This document shows positions 27,921 to 36,215 of a stretch of DNA of 45,917 nucleotides, in pieces. The notes below the pieces were generated by a model, which was not told the origin of the DNA, did no database searches, and saw nothing but the letters and a program-made list of their open reading frames with translations. The position numbers were made by a program, and so were the translations under genes. Position 1 is the first letter of the stretch. Each line of letters starts with the position of its first letter. The DNA is from a phage: assembly GCA_014750165.1 (NCBI GenBank), contig GCA_014750165.1_4319.1, one strand, 5' to 3'.

Positions 27921-27940
27921 TAGCGCTTTTTGTTAAAACG
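27919..27940 (+). promoter_or_regulatory. gene-boundary palindrome cassette, variant
   Basis: AATAGCGCTTTTTGTTAAAACG then ATACCCGC..GCGGGTAT hairpin, ATCGAAACGG. Confidence 0.4.
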
Positions 27941-27992
27941 ATACCCGCGAAAGCGGGTATTATTGTTTTATCGAAACGGCAGGGGGATTGAA

Positions 27993-28485
27993 ATGAATTG
28001 GCATGATTTTTTTATACTATAAGGATGGAAAGGTTTTCTGGAGAGATCCGCACTGCACGAGATTGAAGCCAGGTGATGAGGCTGGTAGTAGGCACCATAG
28101 GGGTTATTGGTATATTCGTAGATATGACAAAACAATGTCAAGGCACCGAATCGTATGGGAGATGCACAACGGAACAATACCAGACGGTATGGAGATAGAT
28201 CATATAAATCACGTGCCTGGTGATGACAGAATTGAAAACCTAAGAATGGTCACAAGAAGGCAAAACAATCAAAACAAAAAATTAAATGAAAGAAATACAA
28301 GCGGACACGTCGGGGTTAGCTGGAACAAGAAGACAAACAAATGGAGAGCAATGATAGGCATAAGGGGAGAGGACGGAAAGAGGAAAACTTTATACGTTTA
28401 TTATGGTGATTCTTTCGATGATGCGGTATCAGCAAGAAAGAAAGCAGAGGCTGAGCACTCGTTTCATGAAAATCACGGTAAATAG
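27993..28485 (+). CDS. HNH homing endonuclease, interrupted by frameshift at T7 tract
   Basis: ATG 27993 with strong RBS (AGGGGGA) encodes MNWHDFF then stops; HNH body (track 28003..28485) is in +1 frame; an 8th T would restore MNWHDFFLYYKDGKVFW, matching the paralog N-terminus MNWNEIFEYRDGKIYWK. Confidence 0.7.
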
Positions 28486-28501
28486 CACTTTTTGCCTAAC
28501 T
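28481..28501 (+). promoter_or_regulatory. gene-boundary palindrome cassette, variant
   Basis: AAATAGCACTTTTTGCCTAAC then ATGCCG..CGGCAT hairpin and ATCGAAACGA. Confidence 0.4.
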
Positions 28502-28555
28502 CATGCCGTAGAAATGCGGCATAATCACCAAATCGAAACGAGATGAGGAATTGTA

Positions 28556-29029
28556 ATGATTTATGTATTTGATATCGATGGAACTATAGCTAATAATGAG
28601 CATAGAAGCCACCTCTTGCCATCCAGTGACCTTCACTTGACTTCAAGTTGGAAGGATTACAATAAAGCCTGTTCCGGAGACTCACCAATAATTCCAATGA
28701 TAAAAATGATGAATTCTTTAGCTGAGTCATCTCAAGTTTACATAATGACCTCAAGAAGTGATGAAGTTGAATGGAGAACGCTTCAGTGGCTTCATGATAA
28801 TGATGTTGAGTATGATTCGATATACATGAGAAGTCGACATGACAACCGAAAAGATTACAAAATAAAAGAGGAATGGCTTACTGAAATCAGTGGTGGCGAT
28901 AAAAGCAATGTGGTTATTTTTGAAGATAACCCGCAAGTAATCAAGCACTTAAGGAGCTTCGGATATACTGTAATGTCAGTTTGCGAATATGAAGACCTAC
29001 CTAAAGACTGCGAATCTCACGGAGAATGA
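28556..29029 (+). CDS. HAD-superfamily phosphatase
   Basis: N-terminal DIDGT motif (HAD motif I, DxDGT); 157 aa; ATGA-coupled to downstream kinase. Confidence 0.6.
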   Translation: MIYVFDIDGTIANNEHRSHLLPSSDLHLTSSWKDYNKACSGDSPIIPMIKMMNSLAESSQVYIMTSRSDEVEWRTLQWLHDNDVEYDSIYMRSRHDNRKDYKIKEEWLTEISGGDKSNVVIFEDNPQVIKHLRSFGYTVMSVCEYEDLPKDCESHGE

Positions 29030-29031
29030 AA

Positions 29032-29586
29032 ATGACTAAATTATTTATCCTTAATGGCCCAGCTGGAGTTGGCAAGGACACTATAGCCGATATCATGGTT
29101 GAGACTGGTGTCGCCAAAGAAAAGGTATCATTCAAGTCACCAATGTTTAACGTTGTAAAAGGAATGCTATCAAGCGATGAATTTGATGGATTCATCAAGA
29201 ATTACGACAATAGAGACTATAAGGAATCACCTCATGGATTTCTTAGCGGTATGACAGTTCGTGAATTTATGATTTGGATTAGCGAGTCTGTAATGAAGCC
29301 AGTCTTTGGTGATGATGTTTTCGGTAAAAGGCTAGCACAGTCACTTGGTGATGGTTGCTACATTTGCGCTGACGGTGGGTTTGCTAGCGAGATTAAGCCA
29401 CTGATCGACACTGGTGTTGAGGTAACGTTAATCAGGTTGCATAGGGAAGGGTACACATTTTATGGCGATAGTCGCTCATACATTCACGGTGTGTGTGCAA
29501 GAGAGATTGATGTTCATGTTGTTGATGGTGATATTAATGGAACATCAGCATTGGTAAGGCACGTAATAAATAGCACGAATTGCTAA
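29032..29586 (+). CDS. P-loop nucleotide kinase (dNMP kinase-like)
   Basis: N-terminal LFILNGPAGVGKDT Walker A resembling phage deoxynucleotide monophosphate kinases; start set at second ATG by RBS spacing. Confidence 0.6.
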   Translation: MTKLFILNGPAGVGKDTIADIMVETGVAKEKVSFKSPMFNVVKGMLSSDEFDGFIKNYDNRDYKESPHGFLSGMTVREFMIWISESVMKPVFGDDVFGKRLAQSLGDGCYICADGGFASEIKPLIDTGVEVTLIRLHREGYTFYGDSRSYIHGVCAREIDVHVVDGDINGTSALVRHVINSTNC

Positions 29587-29588
29587 AG
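29568..29588 (+). promoter_or_regulatory. gene-boundary palindrome cassette
   Basis: AAATAGCACGAATTGCTAAAG, TATCAT, CATCGAAACGA; supplies NSTNC-stop tail of kinase. Confidence 0.5.
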
Positions 29589-29654
29589 ATAATATTAAAA
29601 ACTGGGTTATCATTAACACATCGAAACGAGATGAACCAAACGAGGAAAAACAAA

Positions 29655-29831
29655 ATGACTAAAATGATTTACTGCACCAAGAACAACTCCAAGACGCTTC
29701 CATTTACAGTTAACCAGCCGTATAGCGCAGAGTACCAGGGCGATGGATACTACAAGATTTATGGCGACGATATGACGCACATCTTAGCGCCGATTGATGG
29801 TTCGTTAGTTGAATTTATTGTCGCTGACTAG
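29655..29831 (+). CDS. hypothetical protein
   Basis: Internal start MTKMIYCTK after RBS; track N-extension overlaps cassette. Confidence 0.4.
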   Translation: MTKMIYCTKNNSKTLPFTVNQPYSAEYQGDGYYKIYGDDMTHILAPIDGSLVEFIVAD

Positions 29832-29865
29832 CGCATAAAAAACATAGCGTTACGAACGGGGAGCC

Positions 29866-29893
29866 TTTTGGCTCCCTTTTTTTATGCTTCTTT
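29866..29893 (+). terminator. rho-independent terminator
   Basis: GGGGAGCC-TTTT-GGCTCCC hairpin plus T7 run. Confidence 0.55.
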
Positions 29894-29950
29894 TCCGAGC
29901 GGTGATAATGTATCATTCTTTTACTAACTTAAACATTGACAAATACATAA

Positions 29951-30178
29951 ATGGAGGATCACATGAGGGAAGTAATCAACGCTGCTACTGCGTCAACTGG
30001 CGGTGCTGCGGTAACTGGCGCAGCAACTGGTCAAATGACTATAGCAATAATCAGCCTCATCGCTCTTATTATTTTTGGTGTCTGGGGCGCTTACTGGAAG
30101 TTCAAAGATAGCCAGGCGATTCGTCGAGCACTTGAATCTGGCGACCTAAAAACAGCAATAAAGATAAGGAGTAAGTAA
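29951..30178 (+). CDS. holin (putative)
   Basis: 75 aa with one strongly hydrophobic segment (MTIAIISLIALIIFGVWGAYW) and charged C-terminus; immediately upstream of endolysin; start may be ATG 29963. Confidence 0.55.
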   Translation: MEDHMREVINAATASTGGAAVTGAATGQMTIAIISLIALIIFGVWGAYWKFKDSQAIRRALESGDLKTAIKIRSK

Positions 30179-30664
30179 ATGAAGCAGAAGCTGCTACTTA
30201 GCGCAGTTACGGCTGCGGCAATATACATCGCAGCGCCGCTTATTGAACTCGTTGAGGGTGTGGAGAACAAGCCTTACATGGACATTGCCGGAATACCTAC
30301 AGTCTGCGCGGGTATCACTGGTCCTGACGTAGTTTGGGGTAAAACATACAGCAACAGGGAGTGCCGTAACCTGCTGGAGAAACACATTCAGATTCATGGG
30401 GAGCATGTTCAGGATGCGGTTACCTACCCAATTGCACCGCAGACAAGGGCGGCGTTAATCAGCTTTAGCTACAATGTTGGCGGTTCAGCGATGAGGAAGT
30501 CTACGGCTGTTAAGTTGATTAACCAGGGTAATATTGAGCAGGGTTGCAATGCCCTCGGTATGTGGAATAAAGCTACCATTAATGGTAAGAAGGTTGTCGT
30601 TAAGGGGTTAGTGAATCGCCGGAATGAGGAGATTAAGTTATGCTTAAGTGGATTGCAGCGTTAG
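30179..30664 (+). CDS. SAR endolysin (lysozyme-like)
   Basis: N-terminal signal-anchor-release-like hydrophobic segment followed by catalytic region ELVEGVENKPYMDIAGIPTVCAGITG typical of phage lysozymes. Confidence 0.8.
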   Translation: MKQKLLLSAVTAAAIYIAAPLIELVEGVENKPYMDIAGIPTVCAGITGPDVVWGKTYSNRECRNLLEKHIQIHGEHVQDAVTYPIAPQTRAALISFSYNVGGSAMRKSTAVKLINQGNIEQGCNALGMWNKATINGKKVVVKGLVNRRNEEIKLCLSGLQR

Positions 30665-31029
30665 TGTTGTGTGTAGCTTTAACTGGATGCTCGGCAACAT
30701 CTGCGCTGACTGGTTTAATTGGCAGTAAGCCAGAGATTAGCGCTCAAGCTGGTGCAGAGAACAATAAGGTTGGTGTCGGGTTAACGAACAAGGTTGACTC
30801 CAGTAACTCCAGCGATGCTTCCGTTAAGGATTCTAGCGTAGGCTCTCTGGATAGCTCGAGCGGAAAAAAGACTGCTGACAATTCGATTAAGGCCTCAACA
30901 ATCACTGCCGAAAAGATTGAAATTACCAATAACGAATCATCAGCGCTTCCGTGGGTTGGAACAGGGGCTATGGGGTTGCTTGTTCTGATTCTCCTGGCCT
31001 TAATCTTAAGACGTAAAAAAGCCTCCTAA
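30640..31029 (+). CDS. unimolecular spanin (lipoprotein with C-terminal TMD)
   Basis: Lipobox ALTGC at N-terminus, Ser-rich periplasmic region, C-terminal transmembrane helix plus RRKKAS; overlaps endolysin end. Confidence 0.7.
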   Translation: MLKWIAALVLCVALTGCSATSALTGLIGSKPEISAQAGAENNKVGVGLTNKVDSSNSSDASVKDSSVGSLDSSSGKKTADNSIKASTITAEKIEITNNESSALPWVGTGAMGLLVLILLALILRRKKAS

Positions 31030-31046
31030 TGGAGGCTATATTTTTA
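31018..31046. terminator. bidirectional terminator hairpin
   Basis: GCCTCC-TAAT-GGAGGC hairpin with T-run; between convergent genes. Confidence 0.5.
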
Positions 31047-31379
31047 GCTAAATAACTCGTCGTCAGTCATTGTTCCTATATTCATCATCTCTTTTATGTA
31101 ATTGCTCTGATACCCGCCAAGCGCCTCGAAGTTGAAATCAAATGGCCTTTTCAAACTCCCCTTGCTAACAAACTCACCACACTTACCATCAATGTATCCA
31201 GCAGTTAACATCTTTGCGCAAAACTCCTTTGAAGCCGCGCTGCAAAACTCTCTATGAGATAACCCCGCCGCCTTGCTGAATCTCTGGGAGTCCTTATGTT
31301 GGTAGATGAATCGCGCCAAATGCTGACGCGTGAAAAAGCTATAAGATTCGCAAAAACGATACAAATCCAAAATGAACAC
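31044..31379 (-). CDS. hypothetical protein
   Basis: 111 aa; ATGA-type coupling to upstream ATPase gene. Confidence 0.4.
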   Translation of the reverse strand: MFILDLYRFCESYSFFTRQHLARFIYQHKDSQRFSKAAGLSHREFCSAASKEFCAKMLTAGYIDGKCGEFVSKGSLKRPFDFNFEALGGYQSNYIKEMMNIGTMTDDELFS

Positions 31380-31382
31380 TTA

Positions 31383-32966
31383 TCACCCCAGCAGTCGTGG
31401 ATTAATGTAAACTTTATCACCAATCAGGCAAGTATAGTTTTTCTCATCAAGCATTGGCAGTAAGTGATCTTTAATCTTCGTCATTACTCCAGCCTGAGCC
31501 TCGAATGGCTTAACCTTGCGAGCAGCTTCATACAATGAACGAATACCAACTACGCCCTTCCCGTTTTTCCCTTGCTTGATCAGGATATCAATCAGCTTAT
31601 TCATCTCGGCATTGTCGCCAGCGTGACCAGCTGCGCTGGCAGATGACAGGTAAGTCTTGCTTAGTTCCTGGAACATGATTACAGCTTCTTGCATGGTATC
31701 AAGTTCAATCTCTCTGGATTTCTGCGGACTCCCACCGTTAGGGTTGAACCAGTTACGAACAGCATGAAGAACGGCTGCAATCCTGATGGCCTGTTTATCG
31801 AACTTGCCCAGGGCACCACGTAACATTGTGTGTGAATACTTCCCGCCATCAGCAAGGTGAGGTTCCATTTCTTGGCGCGCTCGGTTGAGGTACTTCATCG
31901 CTGAGTTGCTTACTGTCAGCTTAACATCTTGCTCATTCATTATCTCATGAACTAAGCGGAAGTAATCAGCCTTTAGTCCACCATCAATTGGCTCGTAAGT
32001 TGAGTCTCCATTCTCATCAACAAATACACGCTCGCCCAGGAATGATTTTTCACGTACAAGCAGAAAACGCTCAGATACACCGATACCACGCGCACCGGCA
32101 TTCATGATTGCATTGATTGTTTCGTCTTGCGCAATTACAGAGATGCAACCCAAAGCAACGAAGCTCATGTTGTTCTCTGCGTTAGCACGCGCAATAGATA
32201 CGTTACCCGCATCCCATGCTTTAAGCACTAGTTCGCTGTTCGTTTTCTTTGAGCCATCACCATAGGTCATGCCAAGCAGTGAGTTCACGCTCGTTGCTTC
32301 ATCCGAGATTACAGCAAAGTTACCCTGACGGTTGTTTATTCGCGCAAGACCTTCCGGCGTGGTATCGGACACGGGGAAAACGATATCGCATAGCTTCTCG
32401 AGCTTCTCCTCTAACTCCTCTTTCTCCTCAAAAAGTGAGGCCATCTCTGATGGTGACTTTTCCTGTTTCATCTCTTTTGATAATGCAGACAGCTTTGCCA
32501 TAATCTTTTTACGCTCACGCTTTCGCACTTCATTCAGCCGCTCAGTCTCAGCAATCATTGGAGCAATTGAAAGTGAGTTAATTGCTGATTTACCTGTCGA
32601 TGGCGGCTGGCTTGTCACGACATAAAGCGAAGTTGGCTGCTGAGTTCCGTGATACTCAACAGTGAATCGACCAAGCATTGCAGCGGAAATACACCCCAGG
32701 AAGTGCATATATGCGGACGACTCAGGAAACTGAACAGAACGAGCAATATTGGCTGACAGCTTACCAACAACATCAATATCATTGCCTAGTGAGATTACAG
32801 GGTACTTGTCATTAGCCGCATCAATCTCTACAGGTGCCTTCCAGAATGATTGAGACTGGCGATAGCCATTGGCATTAATAGCCACGCGCAGGGGTGGGAG
32901 GTTGTCTGCGGCTGCAATTGCCATAACCTGTTCAACAGATAGCTTATCTTCGTTGAAATCAAACAT
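31383..32966 (-). CDS. putative replication ATPase (primase C-terminal DUF3987-like P-loop domain)
   Basis: Deviant Walker A TSQPPSTGKSA and Walker B FAVISDEAT; 527 aa; family assignment from motif recall only. Confidence 0.45.
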   Translation of the reverse strand: MFDFNEDKLSVEQVMAIAAADNLPPLRVAINANGYRQSQSFWKAPVEIDAANDKYPVISLGNDIDVVGKLSANIARSVQFPESSAYMHFLGCISAAMLGRFTVEYHGTQQPTSLYVVTSQPPSTGKSAINSLSIAPMIAETERLNEVRKRERKKIMAKLSALSKEMKQEKSPSEMASLFEEKEELEEKLEKLCDIVFPVSDTTPEGLARINNRQGNFAVISDEATSVNSLLGMTYGDGSKKTNSELVLKAWDAGNVSIARANAENNMSFVALGCISVIAQDETINAIMNAGARGIGVSERFLLVREKSFLGERVFVDENGDSTYEPIDGGLKADYFRLVHEIMNEQDVKLTVSNSAMKYLNRARQEMEPHLADGGKYSHTMLRGALGKFDKQAIRIAAVLHAVRNWFNPNGGSPQKSREIELDTMQEAVIMFQELSKTYLSSASAAGHAGDNAEMNKLIDILIKQGKNGKGVVGIRSLYEAARKVKPFEAQAGVMTKIKDHLLPMLDEKNYTCLIGDKVYINPRLLG

Positions 32967-33026
32967 TACTTCTCTCCGTATTGTTTCTGAGCGGCCATTA
33001 TATCAACGACCGCTTATAATTCATTA

Positions 33027-33044
33027 TCAATTTGTGCTATTTAC
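33027..33044 (-). promoter_or_regulatory. gene-boundary palindrome element, degenerate variant
   Basis: Reverse complement GTAAATAGCACAAATTGA upstream of ATPase gene. Confidence 0.3.
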
Positions 33045-33424
33045 AGGTATTGCGCCTCAAAAAAGTAAGTCTGGCAAAGCGTGTAAAAACCAACGTCCTC
33101 ACTGCGGTAAAGCTGCCAGGCGTTTCCATCCTCGTCATAAATGTATCCGGCATTTTGTCCAAGCCCAGCATGCATAGATACCTGGTAACGCTTTCCTTCT
33201 TTAAAGTCTTTTTTAACTCCTGACTTGTGGTTAACATTTGTGCAATAGAGAGTCTTTGTCTTAATGTATCTACCTAGCTCAGTAAGGTTCTGCCACTTGC
33301 CATTAACCTTGATTTGCTTTACACCATCCTTATCTCTAGCTTTATACAATACGTTATTGTTGCTAATCCAGTTCTTTGTGGTTTTGTTCCATCCGGCAGT
33401 TATCTTGCACTGATTGATAGTCAT
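33041..33424 (-). CDS. hypothetical protein
   Basis: Start at internal Met (MTINQCK...) coupled to upstream small ORF. Confidence 0.4.
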   Translation of the reverse strand: MTINQCKITAGWNKTTKNWISNNNVLYKARDKDGVKQIKVNGKWQNLTELGRYIKTKTLYCTNVNHKSGVKKDFKEGKRYQVSMHAGLGQNAGYIYDEDGNAWQLYRSEDVGFYTLCQTYFFEAQYL

Positions 33425-33585
33425 TTTTTTACTCTCTTCGTTGTCCACATAAATTTGTTTTGTACTGATTTGCGCACTATTCGCACAGCAATCTTATCTG
33501 TCTTTTGTACAAGTCCGTAAATCTTGCCGTCAAGCGACGCGCGGTACACCGCCTCTTCCATCGCGTCGTAAAAGTTGTCGAACAT
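33421..33585 (-). CDS. hypothetical small protein (54 aa)
   Basis: MFDNFYDAMEEAVYRASLDGKIYGL...; cassette immediately upstream; approx coords. Confidence 0.3.
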   Translation of the reverse strand: MFDNFYDAMEEAVYRASLDGKIYGLVQKTDKIAVRIVRKSVQNKFMWTTKRVKK

Positions 33586-33637
33586 TTCTCATCTCCCGTT
33601 TCGATGGAAAGATAATACCGCATCCTTGCGATTTCGT

Positions 33638-33654
33638 TTTAGCAATTCGTGCTG
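33638..33654 (-). promoter_or_regulatory. gene-boundary palindrome cassette (minus orientation)
   Basis: Reverse complement CAGCACGAATTGCTAAA then CGCAAGG..GCG hairpin, TATTAT, CATCGAAACGG. Confidence 0.5.
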
Positions 33655-33799
33655 TTGCGCGCCCTTTCTATCGCCTTGAGCATAATTTCGTGACTTTCCA
33701 GTAAATCCTCTCGGAACCAATCCCCGCAAGGCCAACCATTTCCGCTGTAAGCTGCGATGGTGCAAAGATCGTAATAGTTAATATCTGATGGTAGTAGCA

Positions 33800-34039
33800 T
33801 CATTTCACCTCATCAAAAGTTGCAATCCCAGGGATGAACATCCCAACCTTCCAACCTGCAATGGCAATCCATCCAGAATCGTGCTTGTGCGTTCTCTCAG
33901 CGCCATTAATCAACCATTCGTTCGGGATTGTCTTGCCGTTAATGATTAGCGGCTCAGCGTCGTATACAGAGCCTTTAACGAATGGCGTTAATACTTTCTT
34001 GTCGGTACTGGTGATGCAATTAGTGCAGATTATCTTCAT
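33800..34039 (-). CDS. hypothetical protein
   Basis: 79 aa track ORF. Confidence 0.4.
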   Translation of the reverse strand: MKIICTNCITSTDKKVLTPFVKGSVYDAEPLIINGKTIPNEWLINGAERTHKHDSGWIAIAGWKVGMFIPGIATFDEVK

Positions 34040-34043
34040 TATA

Positions 34044-34535
34044 CTACCTCATTCCGCTGTTCTTGTGGTATTTCGCATTAACCTCAGCAACAATCCTCGC
34101 CTCGCAAGCACAGATAAAGTCTATGAATGTTCCTAAACATACAATTTTCCCATCTATGCTAATTCTTGCCGACCACTTACCTCTAACATCCATGTTCACA
34201 CCAGTTACCCCTGGCTTTCTTCTTACATACCTTTTGAGATTCTTATGATTTTCCATGTGGCTAACTAGCCTTAAGTTTTCAATCCTATTATCAGACCTAT
34301 CTCCATTAATGTGGTCGATCTGCATTCCTTTTGGTATATCTCCGTTGTGAATAATCCAGACCGCTCGATGGCAATAAATTAGCTTATTCTTAACCCTAAA
34401 TGCCTTGTATCCATGGCTATGCATGCAGCCAGCCTCGTCACCAACTTTTACTTGGGATGAGTTATACTTTCTGTAAAGTTTCCCATCCTTATACTCTACG
34501 GCGTTTACAATATCCTCAACTAGAATGGCACACAT
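34044..34535 (-). CDS. HNH homing endonuclease
   Basis: HNH core QIDHINGDRSDNRIENLR; paralog of 7483 and 27993 genes. Confidence 0.8.
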   Translation of the reverse strand: MCAILVEDIVNAVEYKDGKLYRKYNSSQVKVGDEAGCMHSHGYKAFRVKNKLIYCHRAVWIIHNGDIPKGMQIDHINGDRSDNRIENLRLVSHMENHKNLKRYVRRKPGVTGVNMDVRGKWSARISIDGKIVCLGTFIDFICACEARIVAEVNAKYHKNSGMR

Positions 34536-34696
34536 GATTCACACCCCCAATCCCCACAACAGAAATCTTCATCCTCTGACTGGAATTGCTTAGCCAAATC
34601 AATATCCAACTTTCCGCGGACAACAATTTCGGTGTAATCTTCGTTAAGTCCGATCAGCGCGCATTCGTGGCGTAACTCGTCTTTATCAATCTTCAT
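34520..34696 (-). CDS. hypothetical small Cys-rich protein (58 aa)
   Basis: MKIDKDELRHECALIG...FCCGDWGCESCVPF; ends 16 nt inside HNH start; cassette upstream; approx coords. Confidence 0.3.
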   Translation of the reverse strand: MKIDKDELRHECALIGLNEDYTEIVVRGKLDIDLAKQFQSEDEDFCCGDWGCESCVPF

Positions 34697-34748
34697 ATCT
34701 ATCTCCTCGTTTTGATGAGTTAACTATATCCTCCATGACCCCCAATGT

Positions 34749-34770
34749 CTTTGGCAAAAAGTGCTATTCG
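34749..34770 (-). promoter_or_regulatory. gene-boundary palindrome cassette, variant (minus orientation)
   Basis: Reverse complement CGAATAGCACTTTTTGCCAAAG then TATAGT and CATCAAAACGA. Confidence 0.4.
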
Positions 34771-35040
34771 TTAGATTTATTGATTGTTGCATATATTGCA
34801 ATGATTATCATGACTATTGCACATATGGCAATATTGCTTCAGATGCAATGATGTTTTTGATTGTTGCGAAAAGTGAAATGAAGTGGTGAGTGAGTGAATG
34901 AAAGATGGATGGACTACCATACAAGTTGATTTTTATTCTTGCTGAGCCATTTTCACGCATACGCGTTATAAAAGTTATGCCTTGTGGATGATGCCACCCT
35001 CCGCAGTAATCGTGCACGCCTATAACGCTGAATTACGCAA

Positions 35041-35295
35041 TGGTTACACTATAATATCTATATATAACAACCATTTAGTATAATTATTATTATTATATAT
35101 ATTACTATGTATATCATGTAACCACGCATCCGGCGGGGGTCGATAGTTTTTCTATGAAAATGACATTTTCTATATATATAAGGATAGGCATATACCCTCC
35201 CCGATTTCCGCGGAAATCCATACACAGGCAAATTACATACGCTATAGCTGGGCTGAGGTAGCAAAAAGCGTAACCGGGGCCAATATAAACACGAA
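35041..35295. repeat. AT-rich intergenic repeat copy B with (TTA)n tract and relic gene start
   Basis: Arms match 15665..15935; right arm retains an ATG-less in-frame relic (GTAGCAAAAAGCGTAACCGGGGCCAATATAAAC) of the 15902 gene start. Confidence 0.6.
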
Positions 35296-35372
35296 ATAAC
35301 ACTTGATAACGTGTATATGTGTGTTATTATGGATTCATCTTAACGAAGGGCAACCAATCAGGAGTAATGAAT

Positions 35373-35891
35373 ATGTCAGAACATAAAGAAGCAGTAAGTC
35401 TCGGTGAGGTGGTTCGTTACATGGCTGGCCAGGCTTTGGCTAGCGATAATAAATCATTTGCGGTTCCATTGCGCATGATCGTACAGCAAGTGTATGGACT
35501 TGATAAAGTGGATATGATGAGGGTGTACGAAGAGGACCTTACGCCTGGTGGTAAGTATCATCTCAAGAAGCTGAAGGCATCATACGTTTCAAACACAGTA
35601 AGCCGCATGCCTGAAATCAAAGCTGCTAACGTCCGGTCCATGTTCTCACTGAAGGACATGGAGTTTAATGAGGAGGAAGTTCGATGTGCGGTAATCTCAC
35701 TTGTGCCAGGCGCTATCAATACCGGGTCGCGTAACAAAGCAGAAGCAGAGAAGGAGGCGGCTATCATTGAAAAATTCAAGAAGCGACTCTTATCCGTTAC
35801 GCCAAGCGTCATTCACTTGAAAGGTGAGGAGCTTCAGGGTGCAATGTTCGCACTGTCCGCATACCAGGAACTTATTAAGGAGACAAAGTAA
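35373..35891 (+). CDS. hypothetical early protein
   Basis: Start at MSEHKEAV after AGGAG; first gene after repeat B. Confidence 0.45.
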   Translation: MSEHKEAVSLGEVVRYMAGQALASDNKSFAVPLRMIVQQVYGLDKVDMMRVYEEDLTPGGKYHLKKLKASYVSNTVSRMPEIKAANVRSMFSLKDMEFNEEEVRCAVISLVPGAINTGSRNKAEAEKEAAIIEKFKKRLLSVTPSVIHLKGEELQGAMFALSAYQELIKETK

Positions 35892-35987
35892 CAGACTACC
35901 ATACCACTTGCGGTACAGCGAAGAAGATGTGGAGAGGGCGATTGAGTTCTACCGGAAAGCTAAATCACTACTGAATGGTGAATATTA

Positions 35988-36215
35988 ATGCTTATAAAAT
36001 GCGTGTATGCAAGGCAAGCCAATCACCACAACCTTTCAGTTGTAAATGGTGGGATATACTCGGCAAAGCCAATCACTCGCTTTAATGGCTCATACTACAT
36101 CAAGGTTGATGGCAATGAGTACATGGTGAAGACGATAGGTGAAGCTCTTATGATAAAAAGCCTTGGCGTCATAATGGCTAAATTCGAAATCTTTCACAAT
36201 AGCACTAATTGCTAA
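35988..36215 (+). CDS. hypothetical protein
   Basis: 75 aa; C-terminal NSTNC-stop supplied by palindrome element. Confidence 0.35.
   Translation: MLIKCVYARQANHHNLSVVNGGIYSAKPITRFNGSYYIKVDGNEYMVKTIGEALMIKSLGVIMAKFEIFHNSTNC

Noticed and set aside
34814-35017. 67-aa minus-strand ORF in the non-coding region left of repeat B
   Set aside because: Lies in the iteron-like/AT-rich region, has no RBS or cassette, and has low-complexity composition; more likely non-coding.
35058-35302. Track ORFs 35058..35264 and 35114..35302 on the minus strand in repeat B
   Set aside because: Same low-complexity AT-rich repeat; frames are not conserved between copies A and B.
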